Assembly: GCA_951406725.2 (NCBI GenBank)
Contig: OX597814.1
Coordinates: 8,246,001-8,310,000, forward strand
DNA length: 64,000 nucleotides
Reading direction: 5' to 3'
DNA from: Octopus vulgaris
Lineage: Eukaryota
This document shows positions 39,668 through 50,969 of the stretch, one piece after another; position 1 is the stretch's first letter, and every line of letters starts with the position of its first letter. The notes under the pieces are model-generated. The model ran no database searches. It saw nothing but the letters and a program-made list of their open reading frames with translations, and was not told the DNA's origin. A program made the translations under genes and the position numbers.

Positions 39668-40514
39668 TAATAATAATAATATTAAGAACACTCAGAAAGC
39701 GTGAACCTCCACCAAGACAACACCAAGGTCCTCTTAACGATTAGCCAGAGATGATTTCTAAAATGAGAATATCTCAAATAAACTCAACTGCTCTCACCAA
39801 CAAGAATATAAAAAATGAAACCAACCACTCTCTAAAATTAAGTAAAAAAAACTGGAAAAATAGTCCAGAATCCTTGTCTGGTACCGGATTGATTCCAGTG
39901 GTAGTCATGGAATGTGAAGGTAGGTGTGCAGGCTGTGTTTGTAATGCTGTATGTGTGTGTGCCTTCAGAAGTGGGAACAGGGACAGCTTTCTCTATGAAG
40001 GCATTTTTTTTAGTTTATCCACTGATATAGTGTCTCTTATGACCATTAAGATCTATAGTAAAAGATTTATCCATATGAGAAAGAAACTGGAAAGGAATTC
40101 CATACAGTGCTGTTAACGGAGGTTTAATATCATTGGGCACAAAAATGTGAGTCCAAGGAGTAAAGTTTCCTTCAAGGCAGACCTAGAAATGCAATTGTCA
40201 AGAAGGTAAGAGGTTGTAAACAAGAGTGATATTTTCAAAATTGGTAAAACTAAAAATTGTCGAGAATCAATTAAATTTATTATTGTTACTGAATACGTTA
40301 GTGTTATTTAATTTCTGAATGGTTTTGCTGTCGTTTGTTTATGTAGTTTGATTGCTTTATCCATCAGTTTCATGTAAAATTAATAATAGAGACACAAAGA
40401 TAAACCTCTGGAAACAGCAATGCTGCCAAAACATACGTGGAACCCATGAGCATACTTTCAAGGGAGATAATAAGAGAAAGACTTGAAAGTCAATATAAGA
40501 TCGTAATACTTCAT

Positions 40515-40720
40515 GTAAAGTAAATATAACAAACAATCCACAATCCTTATCTGGTACTGGATCAATCTCAAAATCTAATCAATTCATGCCAGTCACAAGA
40601 CCAAACATCCCTGAAAGTTTCATCTCAATCCATTCAGTGGTTCTTGAGATATCTTGTCCATGGTCAAACAAACAAACATGACTGAAAATAATACCTCTGC
40701 CTTCGCTAAGGTGAAGGTAA
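40515..40720 (+). mobile_element. HINE/Helentron-like non-autonomous element 3' part (related piece at 39685-39897)
   Basis: aatccttatctggtactggat core in both pieces, (ACAA)n, terminal hairpin acctctgcctt-cgct-aaggtgaaggt followed by aataat. Confidence 0.5.
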
Positions 40721-40804
40721 TAATAACAATACGAATAATAATAATCAGTGATGTTTAATAGAGAAGACACCATAATATTCAATATCAACAAACAAATTGT
40801 TTAC

Positions 40805-40859
40805 CTTTTGAATGAGCTCCTTCATTTACTGGTTTATTTAGGAGATATTCCTCAAATTT
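40805..40859 (-). CDS. Exon of macro-domain (PARP9/14/15-like) gene: KFEEYLLNKPVNEGAHSK
   Basis: tttttacag acceptor and gtaaac donor; phase 0 start continues ...PQDTEILK into the last macro helix. Not verified by transcript. Confidence 0.65.
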
Positions 40860-41494
40860 CTGTAAAAATCAAAACCATGATTATCATTTTTGTTTAATTT
40901 TTTGCTTTTTTTTAAAGAGAAGAGATTTAATTTAACAAAAGACAAACAAAATATTTAAAATATTTAATGATTTATTTCTAATCAGTAATAAGTAAATGAG
41001 GAAAATTACTTTTATCACTCAGATCAAAGATATTCCATCCATGGCCTTCCAGTCTACTGGGAGACATGGTATTATAGTGGATGTGGCAGAAAGACCTCTC
41101 ACATGGCCACTGATGTGGTGTTAGTGAAGTTAAACATGTGGCAATGGTGTCTTCATGTAGCTGAAGTTGTATTGTTTCTTCTCTCCACTCACCATTCTGA
41201 TTAAAACTGCTGAGTCTTGTGTTTGCTGTTGAAATGTCTATCAAGAATGTTGAAGTTGAGGTTCTTTGGTGCATCTTGTGTCCCCAAGAATATTTGTGGC
41301 ACAAAAGCAGAGTACAAGGTTATTATCTTCATATTGTAAGCAAGAAGGAGGAGAAGGAGGAGGTCCAACAATTAGGGTCATGGTCATTCATAAGAGAGAT
41401 GACAAAGGAAAAGAGAAAAGATTCAAAAAGAAAGAACTTCACAAACAGTTCTACAGTGGACAGGAATTTCCCCTATTTCTTCATTACAGCATAT

Positions 41495-41868
41495 GGACAT
41501 AAAGAAAGCCTTTTGGTATTAACACTGCTTCTGTTGCTATTAATTATCTTTAATAAGCCTTCAGGCTATTTGTGACATCACTGTCTATATATCGTTGACA
41601 GGGAGTTTTGGCTGTTATGTTGCTACAGGGCGTCTGTCACTGATGAACCTGAGCAGAGCGAAAATACGTGATCTGGCAGTTCTGGTGCCTGTAGCAGATG
41701 ACTGTCATCTACCAACAATATAAATATGAGTGCTTTTATGGACCGTGTGTCGAATGAGAGGTCCTCTCAAGGTAAATAAGGCAGTATTTGGTCTTCTAAC
41801 AGAACATCCACATTTAGTTGGATATAAAGATTGCTTCTTGTTACTAATGCTGCTTCTGTTGCTATTAC
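41495..41868 (+). mobile_element. Retrozyme-like unit: 325-bp monomer with ~48-bp terminal direct repeat and central hammerhead
   Basis: gga.ataaaga...ctgcttctgttgctatta at 41495 and 41820; hammerhead-like motif at 41621-41696. Confidence 0.55.
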
Positions 41869-41880
41869 TTTTAATTTCCT

Positions 41881-42072
41881 TGGTTTAGGTTCAGTCTCAA
41901 TGTATGGCACCTTGAGCAAGTGTCTTTAACTACAGCTATAGGCCAAACAAAGCCCTGGTAGGTAGAAAATTAGAGAAGCCTGTCATACATATGTGTTTGT
42001 GTCTCCTTGCCTTGACATTATGTGTTTACTGTAAACGAGTGTCCCTGTTATGCGAGCGGTGTCCTTTGTTTC
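41881..42072 (+). mobile_element. SINE fragment
   Basis: ggttcagtctc..ggcaccttgagcaagtgtctt..ggccaaacaaagcc core. Confidence 0.6.
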
Positions 42073-42104
42073 TAATATTTTGTGATGTTCTGTAAAATGT
42101 GGAA

Positions 42105-42540
42105 ATGTAGTTTTTGGTTAGGCACAGCATTCCCCAGGTCCAACTGCCACTGTATTCCCCAGATCTTTTCTCTCTTTCCAAACGCTTGAACTGAAAAAGA
42201 TTCCAGGACATCGAAGAAACCAAAGAGAATGCAATGAGGCAGCTGCGGATTATCCCAGAAAACGAGTTCCAGGAATGCTTCCATCAATGGAAACAACACA
42301 GGATTAAGTGTGTGGCTTCTGAAGGGGATTATTCTGAAGGAGATTAAATGTTAAATTTACAAAGGACTGGCATCCTGTCCAGGTAGGGAACATATACGCC
42401 AATGAAACTGGGAAACCGACCCTTATGAGCAAGGCATGGCTTTAGAAAGAACAACAACAACAACAAATGCAAAATTGGTACGTGTTCTAGTTTTGTTTTT
42501 ACAACACCATTCTGGATACTTATTCATTAGACCTTGCATA
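42105..42540 (+). mobile_element. Mariner 3' fragment with TIR, containing a short (AAC)n-tailed insertion
   Basis: Translates PQVQLPLYSPDL...KRFQDIEE...FQECFHQWK...GDYSEGD*; TIR-like ggatacttattcattagaccttgcata. Confidence 0.75.
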
Positions 42541-42654
42541 TATATATATATATATATATAAATATATATATTGATAAAAATAGTAAGACAACAAAAGAAA
42601 GAAAGAGACCTTGATATTATGTAAATAGAGGAATTTATCTGTAAATGCAATAAG

Positions 42655-42853
42655 TGGCAATTATTCGGTAGCCAAGATAAAACTCTGAGTTTCAGATGCT
42701 GAGGTGAAAATCCATGCCACCCTCTCTTCAGTTATGCTATGAAAATTTTCATAGCATTTTTTCTGATGGCCGGGTAACTGAAGAGATGGTAGAGTGGATT
42801 TCCACCCGGGCATCTGAAACTCAGAGTTTTATCATGGCTACCAAATAATTGTC
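42655..42853. ncRNA. Inverted pair of hammerhead motifs (inverted Penelope pLTR-like)
   Basis: ~80-bp inverted arms, each with CTGAAGA...GAAACTCAGAGTT; central perfect 24-bp palindrome at 42734-42757. Confidence 0.65.
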
Positions 42854-42865
42854 GTATATTACAGT

Positions 42866-42900
<35 letters not shown>

Positions 42901-43230
42901 ATGTACAGCCAGTGGTTTGCCCTGTACCAAGGAAGGGAAATTACCCAAAAACCATTGGTCTGCAGGTACCACCAAGGCTGGAAGGAGACCATTAATTCCC
43001 TTGCACAAAGTATACAGACACAGACTATGTACTGGTAGTCAACTGGAAATTATGTTTTCCTGGGGCTAAACAGTAGTAATATCATCCTAAGCAGGACTGC
43101 CACTTTATGTTGGTAAATAGACTTTACTTTAAAGAACTGTAACTAGATATCTCTCGTTCATCGATTTAAAATCAATTGTATTTCTCTTTACATATATATA
43201 TATGTATATATATACATATATATATATATA

Positions 43231-46200
43231 TCACATCGTCGCTTATTTCTCTAATTTTGTCACAGATTGGCTGACCAAAAATTATGTTACCAAAAATCCG
43301 AAAAAAATATTTTTCTCCATCGTGTTTGGCCCCCTCTCTCTCAGCCTCACTCTGTCTCTCCCTCTATTTGTTTCACCAATACTTCCCCCTCATCCTCCAC
43401 CACCACCCTATATAATCTAGCGCATGCACTCAGATTCCCCTACTCAATTTTTAATAACTCCCCTGAAAGAATACAAATACAAATCCAGAAGATGCACTCG
43501 CAGTACGCCCGCCCTCCCACCCCCTCCACCTGTACCGGAAGTTCCTATTCTCTGTCATCCTTTGTTTGTCTCCCGCAAACGCTTCTAAAGACTTAACGCC
43601 ATCCCCACCCCTACCTGGGGGTGCATAAAAATGATGCTGTAGTGGACGCAGGTTGAAGGCTATTGTTTGTTTATGAATTCTACCATAGGTGAGCTTTCCT
43701 TTCACGTACATGAAACTGTCCTTCATCCCAGGGTCTCAAGGGCTCACACCTCCCACACCCTCAGGGTTGGCACACTGAAAGGTAGGTCTAGGGAGATGTG
43801 TCAATATGTGCTGCCTCCAAGAAGTAAAGTGGAGAGGAGGTTCCACTAGGTTCCTCACAGGCAAAGAACACGGGTACAAGATTTTCTGGGCAGGGAACAC
43901 TGACAGGGTCAGGGGCGTGAGTATACTTCTTGTGGAGAAATGGGTTGATAAGGTAATTGAGGTAGTCAGAGTATGCGACAGAATACTTAAGATTAGTTTA
44001 GCACTTCATCATGGCTTAGTAACCATTATCTCAGCCTATGCCCCTCAGTTGGGACTACGTGATGGACAGAAAGACCAATTCTATGATACCCTCTTGCAGA
44101 CTACCTCATTGACAAATGACAGGGACCTTCTCTTTGTGGCTGGTAACTCCAATGGACATGTTGGACAACATGCTGGGGGCTTCCATGGCATACATGGAGG
44201 CTACGGATTTGGCTCTCGCAATGAGGGGGAAACCAGGCTGCTGGAGTTCTGCAATACTAACTTCAGGAAAGTCACCTAGTCACCTACGATTCTGCCAGGT
44301 ACACTACCCAAATTGACTATATCCTCACCAGAAAAAGAGTAAGATGGCTGCTTATAAATGCCAAAACCTTCCCTGGTGAAGAATGTACCCCACAACATAG
44401 ACTAGTAGTTAGCAACTTCAGGATCAGGGCTAAATGGATACCCAAAAGATGACCAGCATGGACAAGAAGTGTCTGCAAGTTTAACAATTCTGCAAATGGA
44501 CAGAGATTTAGAGACATATTATTCGAAGCCTTTGATGAAATAGAAAGGGATACAGTATCACATGATCTGGAAGACAATTGGAGGTTTCTACAAGACAATC
44601 TGCTGAGGGCCACTGAGCAGATCTGTGGATGGTGCAAAGTCCCCTCTCGACCCAAAATAACGTGGTGCTGGAACAATATTGTTGACAGGACCATCAAGGA
44701 AAAGAAACAGGCATGGAAGGACTGGAAGAACAGTGGTAGCAGGGAAGTGTATCAGACTGCCAGAAGGCAGGTTTATTTAGCCAGAGGGGAAACAGATAAG
44801 AAAAAATTTGCCAATGTTCTGTGCCGTGAGGACCAAAGACTTGAGGTATTTCGTGTTGCAAGACAGTGTGTGAGAGAGAATCATGATGTGGCAGGAGAGA
44901 AATGTGTCCGTATGGATGATGGTTCACTTGCACAAGATGAGGCTACAAAGAGAGAGGTTTGGAGACGCCACTATGAAAGGTTGCCAATGTCGACCCCACT
45001 CAGGGACCAGCTATCCATTTTGAGAGTACCTTGGTAGATAAAGCAATTAAGAGTATGAAGACAGGGAAAGCCCCCGGCCCATCTGGAATCACTGCAGAGA
45101 TGCTTAAAATATCTGGCAGTGTTGGCTATAGCCTAGTCACCAGTATAGTTAACCAGGTGATACACGAAGGAGTCATACCCAATGACAGGTGTAGCAGCAT
45201 AATAGTCAACTGCTACAAAGGTAAAGGTGACGCTTTAGATACAAATAATTACAGAGGTATCAAGTTGTTGGATCAGGTAACGAACGTCACGGAGAGGATC
45301 ATAGCTCAACTAATTAGGGAGACTGTCAGTCTGGATAAGATGCAGTTTGGCTTCGTGCCAGGCAGAAGCACCACTGATGCTATATTTCTGGTAAGGCAAC
45401 TGCAGGAGAAATACCTAGCCAAAGATAAGCCCCTGTACCTGGCTTTTGTTGATATAGAGAAAGCCTTTGACAGGGTCCCCCCGGTCCCTTATCTGGTGGT
45501 CAATGAGGAAACTAGGGATAGATGAATGGTTAGTGAGAGCTGTGCAAGCCATGTACAGGGATGCTGTCAGTAATTTGAGGGTTGGCAACAAGTACACTGA
45601 AGAATTCAGGGTAGAGGTAGGGGTCCACCAAGGTTCAGTCCTCAGCCCCCTCCTATTTATAATAGTCCGCTGGGCAGTAACAGAGGAATTCAAGACTGGA
45701 TGCCCCTGGGAGCTTCTCTATGCTGATGACCTTGCTCTAATTGCTGAGTCACTATCAGAACTAGAGGAGAAGTTTCAGGTGTGGAAACAGGGATTAGAAT
45801 CGGAGGGCCTTAGAGTCAACTTGTCTAAAACCAAAGTCCTGATAAGTAGGAATGCAGAAAACCACAAACGCCTTCAGGTAGATGGCCCTGCTTGATCTGT
45901 AGAAAAGGCTTAAGTAGAAACTCTATAAGATGCACCCAGTGTAAGCTATGGACCCATAAGAGGTGCAGCAATGTCAAAGGAAGGCTAACTGGGAAGATAG
46001 TTTTTGTATGTGGCAGATGCTCAGGAGCAATAAACTCTGAAAATGTGCAGAGAACAACTTCTGCCACATTCCAGGGAGAAAAACTAGAAGTAGTTGATAG
46101 CTTCCATTACCTAGGTGACCAAGTCAGTAGCGAAGGAAGGTGAGCTGAAAGTGTAGCTGCTAGAAAAAGAATAGCTTGGGCAAAGTTCAGAGAGTTCTTA

Positions 46201-47470
46201 CCTTTGCTGGTAACAAAAGGCCTTTCGCTCAGAGTAAAAGGTAGACTGTATGACGCATGTGTATGAACAGCCATGATACATGGCAGTGAAACATGGGCTG
46301 TGACTGCTGAGGAGATGCGTAAGCTCGCAAGGAATGAAGCCAGTATGATCTGATAAATATGTAATGTCAGTGTGCATACTCGACAGAGTGTTAGTACCTT
46401 GAGAGAAATGTTGGACCTAAGAAGCATCAGTTGTGGTGTGCAAGAGAGACGACTGTGCTGGTATGGCCATGTGGTGAGAATGGATGTGGATAGCTGTGTG
46501 AAAAAGTGTCACACCCATGTGGTTGAGAGAACCTGTGGAAGAGGTAGACCCAGGAAGACCTGGGATGAAATGGTGAAGCACGACCTTTGAAATTAGGCCT
46601 CACTGAGGCAATGACTAGTAACCGGGACTTTTGAAAATATGCTGCGCTTGAGAAGACCCGGCAAGCCAAGTGAGACCATAACCCATGCGCTATGCCAGGG
46701 GTGAAACCAGCCCACTTATGCATACCTTTCCTTCATTAGACACTAAACTCTGCTTCCAAAGCTCTATTGAGGCAAGTGAAATCAAAATCAAAATCAAATT
46801 CGATGCCAGCACAGCATGACTGGCATCCTTGCCTGTGGGGTACTAAGAGCACCATCTGAGCATGATCGTTGCCAGGGCCACTGACTGGCTCCCATGCTGG
46901 TGGCATGTAAAATGCACCATTCAAGCGTGACTGTTACGTATGTCACTCTACTGGCACCTATGCCGGTGGCACGTGAAAAATAAGATTCAAGCAAGGTCGT
47001 TGGCAATGCCACTAGACTTTCTCCTGTGTAGGTGGCACATAAAAACACCATTTGAGCGTGACCGTTGCCAGTACCACCTGACTAGCCCCCATGCCGGTCG
47101 TATGTAAAAGTACCCACTACACTCTCAGAGTGGTTGGCATTAGGAAGGGCATCCAGCTGTAGAAACTCTGCCAGATCAGACTGGAACCTAGTGCAGCCAT
47201 TTGGCTCGCCAGTCCTCAGATTTTACGACACCCGCTTGCAGAATACCTCGTTGGCGAATGACAGGGACCTTCTTTTTTTGGCTGGTGACTTCAATGGACA
47301 TGTTGGACAATATGCAGGGGGCTTCCATGGCATACATGGAGGCTATGGTTTTGGTTCCCACAATGAGGAGGGAACCAGGCTGCTGGAGTTCTGCGATGCA
47401 AATGATCTTATGGTTTGCAATACAATACTAAACCATGCCAGCATGGTAAGCGGATGTTAAACAATGATGA
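43231..47470 (+). mobile_element. Full-length RTE LINE, decayed
   Basis: Starts right after (TA)n; APE 43806-44279, RT 45031-45895 (YADD), PHD, 3' UTR with about 5 diverged repeat units, (ATG)n tail. Confidence 0.92.
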
Positions 47471-47509
47471 TTATATATTTATATCTGTGTGTGTGTGTGT
47501 ACTATGTTT

Positions 47510-48725
47510 AGATATGATAAACATAGTAAATCTACAACACTCGCCAACCACATATATCATCTCAAAAATGCAAATATACCCTATACTCTATCATGGTCCA
47601 TACTGCACTCAGGATTTCCCAGCCAAGGTCAACACCCAACCTGCAAACCTTGCCTGAAGGAGGCACTTCACATCTTAAAACGCAACTCTCAAGCACTGCT
47701 AAATAAACATAATGAGGCACTAAGCACATGCAACCACTGCTTTTTTCACACATTCAAATTCTACCACAAATCCAAATGCCTAAATGACCATACAGTACAT
47801 TTCCACAATACCCCTTAGGTAATCCCAATAACCTTATAAATCTACATTCTAACTCCTAACCCCTATCTTATTCCTCACTCATACTTGAATATCACAACCA
47901 TCTAATTATATTCCTGTGTATGTGCATCCATCCATATGTGCGTGTATATGTATGTGTGTGTGTGTATGTGTGAATGAATGTATGTATGCAAGGTATATAT
48001 ACCTGCGTATACAGGGGCGATAATACATGCAGATGTACATATATATGGGTGCGCATGTGAGCATATACATACAAGTAAGAGTTGTGTGTGTAGATATTGA
48101 TATCTATAAACATATGTATAAATATGCATATATATATATATACACGTCTGATATATACATGTGTATACATCTTCACATATATATTTTCTTATATTGCTAA
48201 GCACGGAACTGCTTAACCAAACAAATTCCTTAATTCTTCATACTACTAACCCCACCTCTCTGCCCCTACACTGATACTCTACCACTACACATTTGTCACT
48301 CCTTTACCTCTTAGCCCCACACCCCCAATTCCTTCTAACTTTTTACACTCTAATACCTTTCTCTCTCCATCACCCTTTATCTCCCCACTCCTACTTTCAA
48401 ATTATTTCCACTGACCCCTAACTGGTACACTGTCCCTTATCTATATCTTTCTTTTTCTTTTCTCTTATTTTCTTCTTTCCTTTATTCCTCACTTCCTGTT
48501 TTTATATTTTATTATTTCATTATTTTCTTCTTACTTTCTTCTTTTTTCCCTTCTTTTTCTTTCCTTATTCTTCTCTTCCTGTTTTCAATTTGACCTTATG
48601 AAAAGGATCCCTATTTTTTGGTCACTTTAAATAAAACCCTTGATTCAATAACACTGTGTATAAACTCTATACTTGGAATGACCAATTTTAAATACTATTG
48701 GATTTTACTCATAGGGTATTGGAAT

Positions 48726-48763
<38 letters not shown>

Positions 48764-49005
48764 ATTCAGCCTAAAAAATGGATCTACACTTACAATTTCC
48801 CTATGCATCTCACATCTAATTTTTTTCCTCCAACTCTGTTTTGTATCACATCTAAACTAACTATGACTTAATTTTCCTCTCACACTGTCTCCGATGAAGG
48901 GATATAATCAATAAATATCCTGGAAACAGCTGTAAGACCTTCTATCCATAAATGTTCTAAAATCTACACAGCCTTGGTTTCTTATCTCATTACAAAAAAA
49001 ATTTT
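47510..49005 (+). mobile_element. Penelope-like element 3' part (endonuclease C-terminus plus pLTR)
   Basis: STTLANHIYHLK...WSIL...CKPCLKEALHIL...LLNKHNE...CNH; the end region 48875-48990 is homologous to 14640-14760. Confidence 0.65.
48887..48938 (+). ncRNA. Type I hammerhead motif with variant core CCGATGA
   Basis: GTCT-CCGATGA-A-GGGATAT-loop-ATATCCT-G-GAAA-CAGCTG-TA-AGAC. Confidence 0.7.
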
Positions 49006-49512
49006 TTATATATATATATAAATGTGTATATATATACATAAATTTGTGTGTGTATATATATATATGTATGTATGTATAAAAGAGAGAGAGAGAGAAAGAA
49101 AGAATAAAGATTTGTATTTCTTCATCCAATACTGTAAGAAGTTACTTCTTTTAAAAAATCTCACTCACTTTCTCTCTCTGTCTGTCTGTCTGTCACTGTT
49201 TTTACCTCTAGCTCGTCCCTATACACAATCAACCTAGACAACTCACAGGCACTGTCCACCTTGGTTTCCTTCATTCAATCGTTTCAGAAAACTAGTTGAA
49301 TGATTATTTCTCTCTCCGTCATTTTTTCCATATTCTTCACCAGTTTCATGAATTAAAGTCCCTCTTTAAAGACATCCCAAGATGGCAATGTGCTTCTGTG
49401 AAAGTAGACGCTATTCAAAAACTAATATGCATTTTCATGTCTCAAATGTTTCTTCTATTTCAATATTGGTTTACATTCATCATTATCACCACCACCACCA
49501 CCACCACCACCA

Positions 49513-50015
49513 CCATCATCATCGTTTAACATTTGTTGTCTATGCTTGTATGGGTTGAACAGTTTGACTGGGGCTGGCAAGCTGTAAGGCTGCCCTTCCT
49601 AATGCTCACCACATCCATATGGACACATTTCTCTCCAGTGACATCACGATTTCCCCTCACACACTGTCTTGCAATCTGAAATACTTCAGGTCCTTGTTCC
49701 TCGTGTTGCTGAACATTGGTAAACTTCTTCATTTCTGCTCATCCCTTGGCTATATATCTGACTCCTAACCTCCCTTCTGGCTGTCAGGTACAGTTCCCTG
49801 CTACCTCCAGTCTTTCAGGCCTGTTTCTTTGCTCTAATGGTCCTGTCTACAGTATCGTTCCACCACCACATTACCTTAGGTCTTGAAGGGACTTGTACCA
49901 GCCACAGATTTAGCCTGTGGTGCTCTACAAACTGTCCCTCAGGAATTCTCAGTAGCCTTTTATATCACAAGTCCTCTCTTTCATTAAATTTCTCAATTAG
50001 GATGTCCCTAAAGCA
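49513..50015 (-). mobile_element. Deleted RTE fragment
   Basis: FQIARQCVRGNRDVTGEKCV joined directly to the RTE 3' terminus and tail. Confidence 0.7.
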
Positions 50016-50024
50016 CTGACCATA

Positions 50025-50965
50025 TGAAAGAACAGGGTATGGATATAAAATTGGCAAGAGGAAAACAAGTCATCTGTTTTATGTGGATGACTTAAAACTT
50101 TATGGCAAAGACGATAATGAGCTTGAAGGACTACTACGTACTGTGAAAGCATTTAGTGATGACCTTGGGATGGAATTTGGTTTTGATAAATGTGCCAGGG
50201 TCACTTTCCAGAAAGGGAAACTGAAGACCTCACATTCAGTGGAGTTGGATGTTGACAGTCATAAAAGAACTCAAGCAAGAAGAAACTTACAAATACCTCG
50301 GAATAAATGAGGGTTCTGGCATTCAGCATGCAAGAATGAAAGAGAAGGAATGGTAAAGGTGAGTTCAAGCAGTCCTAAACTCCGAGTTAAATGCATGTAA
50401 CAAGGTGTTAGCAATAAATTCCTTAACAGTTCTGGTTGTTATTTACAGTTTCAATGTATTCAACTGGAATATGAGTGAAATAAGGAAGATTGACAGGAAA
50501 ATCCTTGAGTTGCCGAGTTGCAAAAAGAGGCGCCAACCAAAGGCAGATGCAGATCGTCTTTACCTACCCAGAGCTCAAGGAGGTCGAGGCTTGGTTTGAT
50601 TTGAAACCTCCTACAAAACCATCACAACTGGACTGGCCAAATATCTTGAAACATCTAATGAATGGATGCTAAATCTCATTGAAATTGGAAGTGCAACAAC
50701 TGTAGCTGCAAAGAAGGTGAAACCAGTAGCAAAGCAAAATGCGCTTGGACAATTGGATGATGGGTGGGAAGAAAATCCTCTGCATGGCAAATATGTGGCC
50801 CGTAGCAAACAAGCTGATGTAGACCAGAAGCACAGCCATCAGTGGCTAGGGAGCTCAGAGCTTAAAGGCAGAGAGAGAGAAGGCTTTATCTTGGCTACCC
50901 AAGATCAGAATCGACTGACATGGAGCTATCAAGTCAATGTGATGAAAAATGGAGCAGACCCATGA
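50025..50965 (+). mobile_element. R4/Dong-like LINE RT fragment
   Basis: HLFYVDDLKLY, MEFGFDKC, ADADRLYLPRAQGGRGL, LHGKY. Confidence 0.8.
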
Positions 50966-50969
50966 TTTA

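Noticed and set aside
40017-40182. Minus-strand open frame after tttctag as the next host exon
   Set aside because: Open only in phase 0, whereas exon 40805 ends in phase 1; no recognisable domain.
40978-41304. Faint resemblance to a DIRS tyrosine recombinase (TFLIDISTAN)
   Set aside because: Too degenerate to support without a search.
49247-49395. Minus-strand segment bounded by ttcacag and gtgagt, resembling a host exon
   Set aside because: Stops in all three frames from that acceptor, and exon 40859 continues the macro domain better. It could still be a cryptic or poison exon.
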